Assembly: GCA_021784535.1 (NCBI GenBank)
Contig: JAJYHW010000085.1
Location: 1 to 44,119 of the forward strand
Direction: 5' to 3'
DNA length: 44,119 nt
Origin: a bacterium
Lineage (GTDB): Bacteria > Patescibacteriota > Microgenomatia > Levybacterales > UBA12049
Shown here one piece after another: positions 24,951 through 32,290 of this stretch. The position numbers were made by a program, and so were the translations under genes. Position 1 is the first letter of the stretch, and each line of letters starts with the position of its first letter. The notes under the pieces were generated by a model, which ran no database searches, was not told where the DNA came from, and saw only the letters and a program-made list of their open reading frames with translations.

Positions 24951-25568
24951 ATGGAGGAGAAGAAGATATGTAGGAAATGCGGGAGGGTTCTTGAAATGCG
25001 CCGGACCAAACGTACTGCGGAGCAATCGCAAAAGCACTATTATTACACAGCATACTATTATTGTCCTCATTGCAATAAGTTATATCATGATGAAAAATTC
25101 AAAGTAATCAATGTGCAGACTGCTCCACTCCATTTTGGCTCTCTCTCTACAGATCCTAGCAGCTATGATGTAGAGATCTGGACTGATGGAGCATGTGTCG
25201 CAAATGGTACGTCTCGTGCAAAAGCAGCCTGGGCATTTGTCAGTGGTGAAACTGAAAGAGCAGATCGCGTAGAGGGTAAGCAGACAAACAATGTCGCTGA
25301 GGGATTGGCGATTTACCATGCCTTATCGTGGGCAGCTGAGAAAGGATACAAACGGATTTTACTCCATACAGACAGTCAGATTTCATTGTATAGCGTAAGA
25401 AAACCCGCAAATAAAGTGCGTGCGAATCGTGAGATATTTGAAAATATTGAAAAGGTGATTGCGGAGAATAAATTGCTTGTGGATTACAAGAAAGTGCTTG
25501 GTCATTCAGGCGATCCCAATAATGAGCGTGCCGATTCGCTGGCAAATGGATTGGCGGTGAAGGGTTGA
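24951..25568 (+). CDS. rnhA: Ribonuclease HI with an N-terminal zinc ribbon
   Basis: CRKCG...CPHCN, then WTDGAC, NNVAEGLA, HTDSQ and NERADSLA (DEDD catalytic residues). Confidence 0.88.
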   Translation: MEEKKICRKCGRVLEMRRTKRTAEQSQKHYYYTAYYYCPHCNKLYHDEKFKVINVQTAPLHFGSLSTDPSSYDVEIWTDGACVANGTSRAKAAWAFVSGETERADRVEGKQTNNVAEGLAIYHALSWAAEKGYKRILLHTDSQISLYSVRKPANKVRANREIFENIEKVIAENKLLVDYKKVLGHSGDPNNERADSLANGLAVKG

Positions 25569-25627
25569 CGTTTACTTTTTCACTTTCCGCTCGGCACAAA
25601 ATTTTTCTCCTCTTACTCATTTATGAC

Positions 25628-25656
25628 TTGCAATATATCTCTGAAAGCGGTATATT
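25628..25656 (+). promoter_or_regulatory. sodN promoter
   Basis: TTGCAA (25628-25633), 17-nt spacer, TATATT (25651-25656), then 6 nt to the ATG at 25663. Confidence 0.55.
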
Positions 25657-25662
25657 ATTTTT

Positions 25663-26076
25663 ATGATCGCGGTTTCCTCGCTATTGCTAAAACTTCTTCC
25701 CACCCAAATAGCCTATGCTCATTGCGACCTTCCTTGTGGTGTCTATGATCCTGCTCAAGCGAGAATAGAGGCGGAAAGCGTCATGAAAATCATGGAGAAA
25801 TACGCAGGTCTTCATGAAGAAGAACAAAAATGGCGAGCAGTCTTCATCAAGGAGCAACGGGCAGAACTAGTCAAACACCATCTTTGGGTTTTGTGGACTG
25901 ATTATTTCAAGCCGGAGCATCTGGAGAAATTTCCGCACTTGCATGATCTTTTCTGGCGTGCAACCAAACAAGCAGGAGAGGCGAAAAAATCTGTTGATCC
26001 GGCCGTGGGTCAAAAACTGCTTGATCTTATTGATGAAATAGATAAAATTTTTAAAGAAACAAAGGCCACAAAGTAA
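25663..26076 (+). CDS. sodN: Nickel superoxide dismutase precursor
   Basis: A 19-aa leader followed by the Ni-hook HCDLPCGVYDPAQARIEAESV. 137 aa. Confidence 0.92.
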   Translation: MIAVSSLLLKLLPTQIAYAHCDLPCGVYDPAQARIEAESVMKIMEKYAGLHEEEQKWRAVFIKEQRAELVKHHLWVLWTDYFKPEHLEKFPHLHDLFWRATKQAGEAKKSVDPAVGQKLLDLIDEIDKIFKETKATK

Positions 26077-26080
26077 TTTA

Positions 26081-26170
26081 CAATTTTCATTTCTCAATTT
26101 TCAATCAAATCAACAATGATGTAATTTTAAAACTTTGAGAAATTGAAAATTTATTAAAAATTGAAAATTT
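26081..26170. repeat. Heptamer-built hairpin element (AATTTYC family)
   Basis: Left arm AATTTTC ATTTCTC AATTTTC AATCAAA; right arm GAGAAAT TGAAAAT ...ATTGAAAATT. 26082-26097 pairs with 26135-26151 (16 bp with one bulge). Confidence 0.7.
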
Positions 26171-26174
26171 AAAA

Positions 26175-26501
26175 ATGTTTCAACAATTATTTCTTCTCCT
26201 CTCCCCTATTTATAAATATCAGATTTTCGGAAGTAGTATGCTGCCGACATTAAAGCCAGGAGATATGGTATTGGTAAATAGAATGAGCTATTTGTTTTTA
26301 TCACCAAAAATCAATGATATTGTCGCGGTTAAAGATCCACGGGAAGGCAAAGTACTGATAAAGCGGATTATGAAGATTGAAGGGAAGAGCTATTTTGTGC
26401 AAGGAGACAATAAAAACGCAAGCACAGATAGCAGGGTTTTTGGTATGATAGGAAGGATTAATATTATTGGGAAAGTTACTGATGTAAAATTTCCAATTTA
26501 A
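26175..26501 (+). CDS. sodX: S26-family signal-peptidase-like protease, NiSOD maturation protease
   Basis: GSSMLPTLKPGD (Ser), LIKRI (Lys) and GDNKNASTDSR. It lies immediately downstream of sodN. Confidence 0.85.
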   Translation: MFQQLFLLLSPIYKYQIFGSSMLPTLKPGDMVLVNRMSYLFLSPKINDIVAVKDPREGKVLIKRIMKIEGKSYFVQGDNKNASTDSRVFGMIGRINIIGKVTDVKFPI

Positions 26502-26597
26502 AATTTTCAATTTTCAATCAAGTCATAATGTTTCAATTTTTTAACATTAGATTATTGGAAATTCAATGAAAATTAGAAATTAAGAATTGAAAATTGT
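26486..26597. repeat. Heptamer-built hairpin element (AATTTYC family)
   Basis: AATTTCC AATTTAA AATTTTC AATTTTC AATCAAG ... GGAAATT CAATGAA AATTAGA AATTAAG AATTGAA AATTG, with an inner 7-bp stem TAATGTT/AACATTA. The left arm supplies the last codons (KFPI) and the stop of sodX. Confidence 0.7.
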
Positions 26598-26600
26598 TCT

Positions 26601-27128
26601 ATGCTTGTCTTAATTCTTATCTTACTTATTCTTGTTATTTTGTTATTTCTTTTGTCGATGCTTTGGCCGCCGGATAGTCCCTGGTCTCCATGGTGGCGAA
26701 CAACGCCAACGCTTGCGCGGCTTGAATGTAAGCTTGCGAAGATTAAAAAAGGAGATATTATTTATGATTTGGGATCAGGTGAAGGAACGGCACTTATCAT
26801 CGCGGCAAAGGAATTTGGTGCAACCGGTGTGGGTATAGAGATTGATCCATTCCGTGCCTGGTATGCCAAGCTTGCCGTTTGGCTAGCTGGAGTTGCGGAC
26901 AAGGTAATAATCAGAAGGGAAAATTTTTTTACTGTTGATATCTCAAAGGCTACAGTTGTTTTTCTCTATTTGACACCGAGAGCTCTTGTCGGTCTTCGTG
27001 AGAAGTTTTTCAAAGAATTGCGGCCAGGTACTCGCGTGGTTACATTTGTCTATCAGATGGATTTGCCTTTGTATGCCAAAGATGACAAGGCAGAAATGTA
27101 CGTCTACGAGATACCAAAGCGAAAGTAA
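26601..27128 (+). CDS. Class I SAM-dependent methyltransferase with an N-terminal TM segment
   Basis: IYDLGSGEGTALI (motif I) and GVGIEIDP. 175 aa. Confidence 0.75.
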   Translation: MLVLILILLILVILLFLLSMLWPPDSPWSPWWRTTPTLARLECKLAKIKKGDIIYDLGSGEGTALIIAAKEFGATGVGIEIDPFRAWYAKLAVWLAGVADKVIIRRENFFTVDISKATVVFLYLTPRALVGLREKFFKELRPGTRVVTFVYQMDLPLYAKDDKAEMYVYEIPKRK

Positions 27129-27260
27129 ATGAAGGAAAAGCATTCGTGCTTGGTATGAAAAATATTTTGTTTTCAATTCACACGATCTAATTTGGAAAAT
27201 AACAGAGGAGTTCAGATGAAAACGAAAATATTTTTGTACCTCGCTCGCAAAGAGAACGTT

Positions 27261-28328
27261 TTATTTTTTCATCCTCAAATACAACCATCTCAGTTTATCT
27301 GCTACTTTGTAGCCTTGATACGCAAGGGGATTGATGACAAGATCATAACTGCCGATGAACTCGACATGTTCGGGGCCGAATTTCCTTTTAAAATCATGAA
27401 AGCCAAACCACGAATCTTTTGGGTCAGGCTCAGAACTCATCGCTCCCCACATGTCAAATTTTTTTAAGCCCAGTTTTTTTCCGAATCGGATACCCTCCCA
27501 CATGGCCAGATTTGAATGCATGACATTGCGATGCTCGTTGCTGGATGCGCCGTAGGGATAATACAAGGTGTCATGAAAGACAAAAAAAAGCAGCGCAGTC
27601 AGCACTTTTTTTTCATAAGTTGCCGTGAACAGGTGTGAGGTAAGTTTGCTGGGGTCGACATCATGTGAGAATGTATGCCATTGCAGTTCGTGATAGTGTC
27701 TGGTGTGAGCATAAAATTTTTGACGTGCTGTTGTCTCTTGCATCAGGCGCCAATATGCTTCAAATGCTTTTTCCGTGTTGTCTTCCTTGACTTCTACAGC
27801 ATGTTTTTTGGCAACTTTGATATTGTAACGTGCTTTCGGGTGCATGCGAGTCAGCAATTCATCTTCAGATTTTGTGAGATCCAGGACAAAGGTATATTTG
27901 GTAAAGAGTGGATGCGCGGCTGGAGGTAATTTCCAATTTCCGATTTCCAGTTTCCAATTTATTATTTTCCTGCTTCCTGCTTCCTGTTTGCTGTTTCTAA
28001 AGACATTTGGTTCCAGTTGAATGAAGATGCAGTTCTCCTGTTTGCCAATTTTATATAATTCATTTATCAATTGCTCATCAGGCATCGTTCCTTTTGGTAG
28101 ATAACCGATGGTAAAATCGGTCTTTGGCAATTTGTGAATGGTGAGTTGAAATCCTGAAATGAGTTTTAGTCCTGAGCTCGTCGAAGGATTTTCATCAAAA
28201 AAACCACTTCGGATTACCTTGATTCCTTCTTTCTCGCGGAATTCTCCCCATTCATAACTTTGGAGAGGATGAGTGACAATAGCGTTATATGCTATTTTTT
28301 GCTTGGAAGTAATAGGCCGGATGTCCAT
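27261..28328 (-). CDS. FemAB/FemX-family peptidoglycan interpeptide-bridge aminoacyltransferase
   Basis: Length and conserved blocks fit the family (QSYEWGEF, KARYNIKVAKK, YYPYGASS, LKKFDMWG). The ATG at 28328 is 6 nt downstream of TAGAAT. Confidence 0.8.
   Translation of the reverse strand: MDIRPITSKQKIAYNAIVTHPLQSYEWGEFREKEGIKVIRSGFFDENPSTSSGLKLISGFQLTIHKLPKTDFTIGYLPKGTMPDEQLINELYKIGKQENCIFIQLEPNVFRNSKQEAGSRKIINWKLEIGNWKLPPAAHPLFTKYTFVLDLTKSEDELLTRMHPKARYNIKVAKKHAVEVKEDNTEKAFEAYWRLMQETTARQKFYAHTRHYHELQWHTFSHDVDPSKLTSHLFTATYEKKVLTALLFFVFHDTLYYPYGASSNEHRNVMHSNLAMWEGIRFGKKLGLKKFDMWGAMSSEPDPKDSWFGFHDFKRKFGPEHVEFIGSYDLVINPLAYQGYKVADKLRWLYLRMKK
27928..27998. repeat. Pyrimidine-strand heptamer tract inside femX
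   Basis: AATTTCC AATTTCC GATTTCC AGTTTCC AATTTAT followed by ATTTTCC TGCTTCC TGCTTCC TGTTTGC TGTTTCT. It is translated on the minus strand as SKQEAGSRKIINWKLEIGNWKL. Confidence 0.7.
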
Positions 28329-28360
28329 CACTTTATTCTATCAGATTCACCTTATTATTT

Positions 28361-30253
28361 TTACCAATCAGAAGACCGTTGCGTGATGAGATGTTCCGGT
28401 AGTTCCGTGACAAAACGTGAGACAGTATTGGCTGTCCGCTGTCCAAAAAAAAGCCTGCGTCTGGCATAGGTCAAGAAGAGTTTCTCCTTTGCCCTGGTCA
28501 TCCCCACATAGCAAAGCCGCCGTTCTTCTTCAAGTTCTGATCGATCCATAAGGGATCTTGCGTGTGGAAAAAGACCTTCTTCCATGCCTATGATAAAAAC
28601 GATGGGAAACTCAAGTCCTTTCGCGGCATGCAATGTCATAAGCGTTATGGCATTTTTCTTTTCACCGTTTCCCTGTTTGTCCGAGTGGTATTCCTGTTCG
28701 ACCAGTGAAACATTTTCAAGAAAATCCGTCAAATCAGGAAATGCAATAGCAACTGAACGGAGTTCTTTGATATTTTCCAGTCGCGTTCTGTCTTCTTCAA
28801 GCTTCTCATCGTAGAGTTCGAGATAATTTGTTGCTTTGATAATGCCATCAAGAAGGTCAATAGTTGTCATGCTGACCCTATCTTTTCCGGCAGGAAGGTT
28901 CCCGGCGCCTTTTGTATTTTCTGATTCCGGAGTCTTAGCCAGCTGGCGGATCTCCGAAATGACATTTTGTTGATATTCCAGAAATCTTTGCAGTCTCCCC
29001 TTGCCCAGCTTTTCGATTCTTTTGTATGAGATTGAATCTTTTGCATTGTTTATGACGCGCAAGTAGGCAAGAATGTCTTTAATCTCCTTTCTTTCGTAAA
29101 ATCTCGTGCCGCCGATAAGAAGATACGGCAAGCCATGATGAAGTAACGCTTCCTCGATGACACGGGATTGAGCATTGGTTCGATAGAGAACAGCGACTTG
29201 ATTGAGGCGTTTTAATCCAAGATTGGCGGCTGTTCTGATGATAAAATCCGCCTCATCCTGTTCGTTATCCGCTTCGTACAATTCGATTTCTTCACCATCG
29301 GGATTTTGGGTCCATAATTGCAGTATTGGATGGCTGGTATTTTTTGAAATAATCGTTGATGCGCCATCAAGGATTTTCTGCGTGGAACGATAATTTTGTG
29401 ACAATGAAAAGGTTTTTGTTCCATGAAAGTCATCTTTAAATCTGTTTAAGTTGCGGTAATCTGCTCCACGCCAGCTGTAAATACTCTGAGAGAAATCCCC
29501 AACCACACAAATATTCTGCAAGGCAGAATTTGCTCCGACTAAAAGTTTCGTTAAAACATATTGTGCTCTATTGGTGTCCTGGTATTCGTCAATCAGGATA
29601 TATTTGAAGGTCTCCTGATATTTCTTCAATACCTGATCGTGTTCGCGCAAAAGCTTGATTGTATGGAGAATCAGATCGTCAAAATCCAGCGCATCATTTT
29701 CCTTGAGGATTGTCTGATATATCGGATAAATTTTTGCAACAGTTTCCTGAAAATATCCTCTGGCAAAATTTTGATATTCAGTGGCGGTGATGATTTCATT
29801 TTTTGCTTGAGAAATTGTTGCGTGGACTGAATGGGGCTTAAAGTCTCTCGTTGAGATATCAAGCCGGCGCATGGCTTCCTTAATCGCATCGAGTTGATCT
29901 TGTGAATCATAAATAATAAAATTATGCGAGAAGCCAAGATGATGACTTTCTCGCCTGAGGATTTTGGCGCACATCGCATGGAACGTGGCGACGGTAGGAT
30001 TTGCTACATAAGGTTTGGGAGATAAGGAGTTAATAATTCTTCCTTTCATTTCGTTTGCGGCTTTATTGGTAAACGTTATACATAAAATGGTTGAAGGATC
30101 AATCCCTTTTTCCTCAATAAGATATTGCACTTTACGTGTAAGGACTCGGGTTTTCCCTGATCCTGCGCCGGCAAGAATAATCATCGGTCCATCAGTCGCG
30201 ATGACTGCTTTTTGTTGTTCGGCATTTAAATCCTTGAGTAAGTCTCCATTCAT
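28361..30253 (-). CDS. pcrA: UvrD/PcrA/Rep-family ATP-dependent DNA helicase
   Basis: AGAGSGKT, DEYQDTN, VGDFSQSIYSWRGA, TLHAAKGLEF and VGMTRAK. Confidence 0.9.
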   Translation of the reverse strand: MNGDLLKDLNAEQQKAVIATDGPMIILAGAGSGKTRVLTRKVQYLIEEKGIDPSTILCITFTNKAANEMKGRIINSLSPKPYVANPTVATFHAMCAKILRRESHHLGFSHNFIIYDSQDQLDAIKEAMRRLDISTRDFKPHSVHATISQAKNEIITATEYQNFARGYFQETVAKIYPIYQTILKENDALDFDDLILHTIKLLREHDQVLKKYQETFKYILIDEYQDTNRAQYVLTKLLVGANSALQNICVVGDFSQSIYSWRGADYRNLNRFKDDFHGTKTFSLSQNYRSTQKILDGASTIISKNTSHPILQLWTQNPDGEEIELYEADNEQDEADFIIRTAANLGLKRLNQVAVLYRTNAQSRVIEEALLHHGLPYLLIGGTRFYERKEIKDILAYLRVINNAKDSISYKRIEKLGKGRLQRFLEYQQNVISEIRQLAKTPESENTKGAGNLPAGKDRVSMTTIDLLDGIIKATNYLELYDEKLEEDRTRLENIKELRSVAIAFPDLTDFLENVSLVEQEYHSDKQGNGEKKNAITLMTLHAAKGLEFPIVFIIGMEEGLFPHARSLMDRSELEEERRLCYVGMTRAKEKLFLTYARRRLFFGQRTANTVSRFVTELPEHLITQRSSDW

Positions 30254-30266
30254 AGAGTATAATAAT

Positions 30267-30357
30267 TAGATGTATGATGTAAGATTTATGATTTAAGAAA
30301 AGAAGTGAGGAATTATTGTTTAATAATTTATATCTTACATCTTAAATCTTATATCTT
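30267..30357. repeat. Heptamer-built hairpin element (ATGTAAG/AAGATTT family)
   Basis: Left arm TAGATGT ATGATGT AAGATTT ATGATTT; right arm ATATCTT ACATCTT AAATCTT ATATCTT. 30276-30286 pairs with 30332-30342. An inner stem AATTATT/AATAATT is also present. Confidence 0.65.
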
Positions 30358-30387
30358 AAGACAACACCCATTGTAGCATATTGCCAT

Positions 30388-31092
30388 ATGAAAAAACTTT
30401 TTATTGTCGGGAATTGGAAATCAAATAAAACAATTGCGGAAGCAAAAACATGGCTTCTTGAAATTTCCAATTTCCAATTTCCAATTTCTGATAAACGGGA
30501 AATTATCATTTGTCCGCCATTTTTGCTTATTCCTGAGATGAAAACGTTTATTGATGAGTACAAACTTCCCCTTAAGCTTGGCGTGCAGAATATTTCTCCG
30601 TTTGGCGAAGGAGCATATACCGGTGAGGTATCTGCCAGGACAGCGCAGGAATTTGTCACTCATGCATTAGTCGGACACTCGGAACGGAGACACTATTTTC
30701 ATGAGACCGATGAAGATGTCCTGGCAAAAATAAAACAGCTTTTGCGCTATGATTTAACTCCTGTTTTGTGTATCAGCGACATGAAACAATTGGCTTTTTA
30801 TTTAAAAGAAGATGATGTGATTACTGCCAATGCAGGGAAGATTATTTTTGTCTACGAACCGCCAGATGCGATCAGCGGCGGCGGAGCGTTTCATGCGATA
30901 GATTTAGATACTATTGATGCAAATACTGCTGAGATCAGTAAAATGATAGGCAAAGAAGTAGTTACTCTTTATGGCGGAAGTGTCAATCCAGAAAATGCTG
31001 CGTTGATTTTTGGCTTAGAACACGTTTCTGGAGGTCTACCCGGACAGGCAAGTTTGGATGCTGAAACATTTGCACAAATAATTCATGGATAA
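30388..31092 (+). CDS. tpiA: Triosephosphate isomerase
   Basis: GNWKSN, VGHSERR, YEPPDAI and YGGSV. Confidence 0.92.
   Translation: MKKLFIVGNWKSNKTIAEAKTWLLEISNFQFPISDKREIIICPPFLLIPEMKTFIDEYKLPLKLGVQNISPFGEGAYTGEVSARTAQEFVTHALVGHSERRHYFHETDEDVLAKIKQLLRYDLTPVLCISDMKQLAFYLKEDDVITANAGKIIFVYEPPDAISGGGAFHAIDLDTIDANTAEISKMIGKEVVTLYGGSVNPENAALIFGLEHVSGGLPGQASLDAETFAQIIHG
30462..30489. repeat. AATTTCC x3 plus AATTTCT tandem heptamers inside tpiA
   Basis: Perfectly phased 7-mers, translated as EISNFQFPIS in the loop after the GNWK strand. Confidence 0.75.
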
Positions 31093-32290
31093 TAATATAT
31101 ATCGACCTCACACGCGTCTGCAACCGCACAGGCGAAAGTCTGTCCGCAGGCGGGCAATTAGTGCATTTTTGGTTGCTATTATTTTACTTTTTGGCGTACT
31201 ATTCTGGAAAAGCAGTGCTCTACTCTCGCTCGTGTGGAAAACTGGTCTTACACAGATTGCTCACCTGAACTCGCCTCCTCCAGAGCCAGTCAATATGCTT
31301 CTTTTAGGAGTTGGCGGAGGTACACATGCAGGACCTGATCTAACTGATACGATTATTTTTATGCACATAGATCCGGTGCATAAAAAAATATCTCTGGTTT
31401 CTCTTCCGCGTGATTTATGGATTCCTTCTATGAACGCGAAAGTAAATGCAACATATACTTTCGCAAATGAAAAAAATCCTGGGAGCGGACTCGCAACGAC
31501 AGAAAAAGCTATCGGAGATATTTTGGGACAACATATTAACTATGGTATCAAGATAGACTTTGGAGGATTTGTAAAGGCTGTCAATATTTTGGGCGGACTG
31601 GATATCAATGTTGCCAGAACATTTGATGATTATCAATATCCTCTTACAGGACAGGAGGATGCAACGTGCGGGTTAACGCAGGCACAAGTTGCCAGTGCTT
31701 CAGCTGCCATAGCGTCAGGGAGCGCTACAAATCTCCAGGAATTCCCTTGCAGATATAAGCATATTCATTTTAATAAAGGGCCGATGCATATGGACGGGGA
31801 GACAGCTTTGGAATACGTAAGATCACGACACGCAATCGGGATTGAGGGATCTGATTTTGCACGGTCACAGCGTCAGGAAAAGGTTATCAGCGCCATTAAG
31901 GCTAAATTATTTTCACTCGGAACGCTCTTTAATCCTGTTAAAATTATTGATTTGATTAACACACTACAGGGAAGTATTGTTACCGATATTACGCAAAACC
32001 AGTATAGTAATTTCATCCGTCTTGCGCAGGAAATGAAAGGAGCAAAGATATCAAGTTCGGTTATTGATACGGGCGATATGGAGCATGATAGATATGGCTT
32101 ACTTATTAACCCTCCTATCAGTGCAGCATATGGAGGACAATGGGTACTGGTTCCCAGAGCCGGTGCAAATGATTACTCACAAATTCAGCAGTACGTGGCA
32201 TGTGAAATTACTGTAGGAAATTGTATTGTTGAAAAATATGGTATTATTACTCCGACTCCGAAACCATCAAGGGCAGTAAAAGGTCAATAG
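31085..32290 (+). CDS. LytR-CpsA-Psr (LCP) family glycopolymer transferase
   Basis: N-terminal TM segment, LLLGVGGG...DTIIFMHIDP, SLPRDLW and YVRSRH. It overlaps tpiA by 8 nt. Confidence 0.85.
   Translation: MDNNIYRPHTRLQPHRRKSVRRRAISAFLVAIILLFGVLFWKSSALLSLVWKTGLTQIAHLNSPPPEPVNMLLLGVGGGTHAGPDLTDTIIFMHIDPVHKKISLVSLPRDLWIPSMNAKVNATYTFANEKNPGSGLATTEKAIGDILGQHINYGIKIDFGGFVKAVNILGGLDINVARTFDDYQYPLTGQEDATCGLTQAQVASASAAIASGSATNLQEFPCRYKHIHFNKGPMHMDGETALEYVRSRHAIGIEGSDFARSQRQEKVISAIKAKLFSLGTLFNPVKIIDLINTLQGSIVTDITQNQYSNFIRLAQEMKGAKISSSVIDTGDMEHDRYGLLINPPISAAYGGQWVLVPRAGANDYSQIQQYVACEITVGNCIVEKYGIITPTPKPSRAVKGQ

Noticed and set aside
26081-26597. Possibility that the short tandem repeats are a CRISPR array
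   Set aside because: The units are 7 nt, contiguous and without spacers, and they are arranged as inverted arms. No cas genes are present.
27192-27467. 91-aa plus-strand ORF
   Set aside because: It overlaps the 3' end of femX antisense. The upstream GAGGAG looks fortuitous and no motif supports it.
30462-30489. Heptamer tract in tpiA as an insertion
   Set aside because: The loop length between the GNWK strand and the following PP strand equals that of ordinary TIMs, so it is recorded as an embedded or overwritten tract rather than an insertion.
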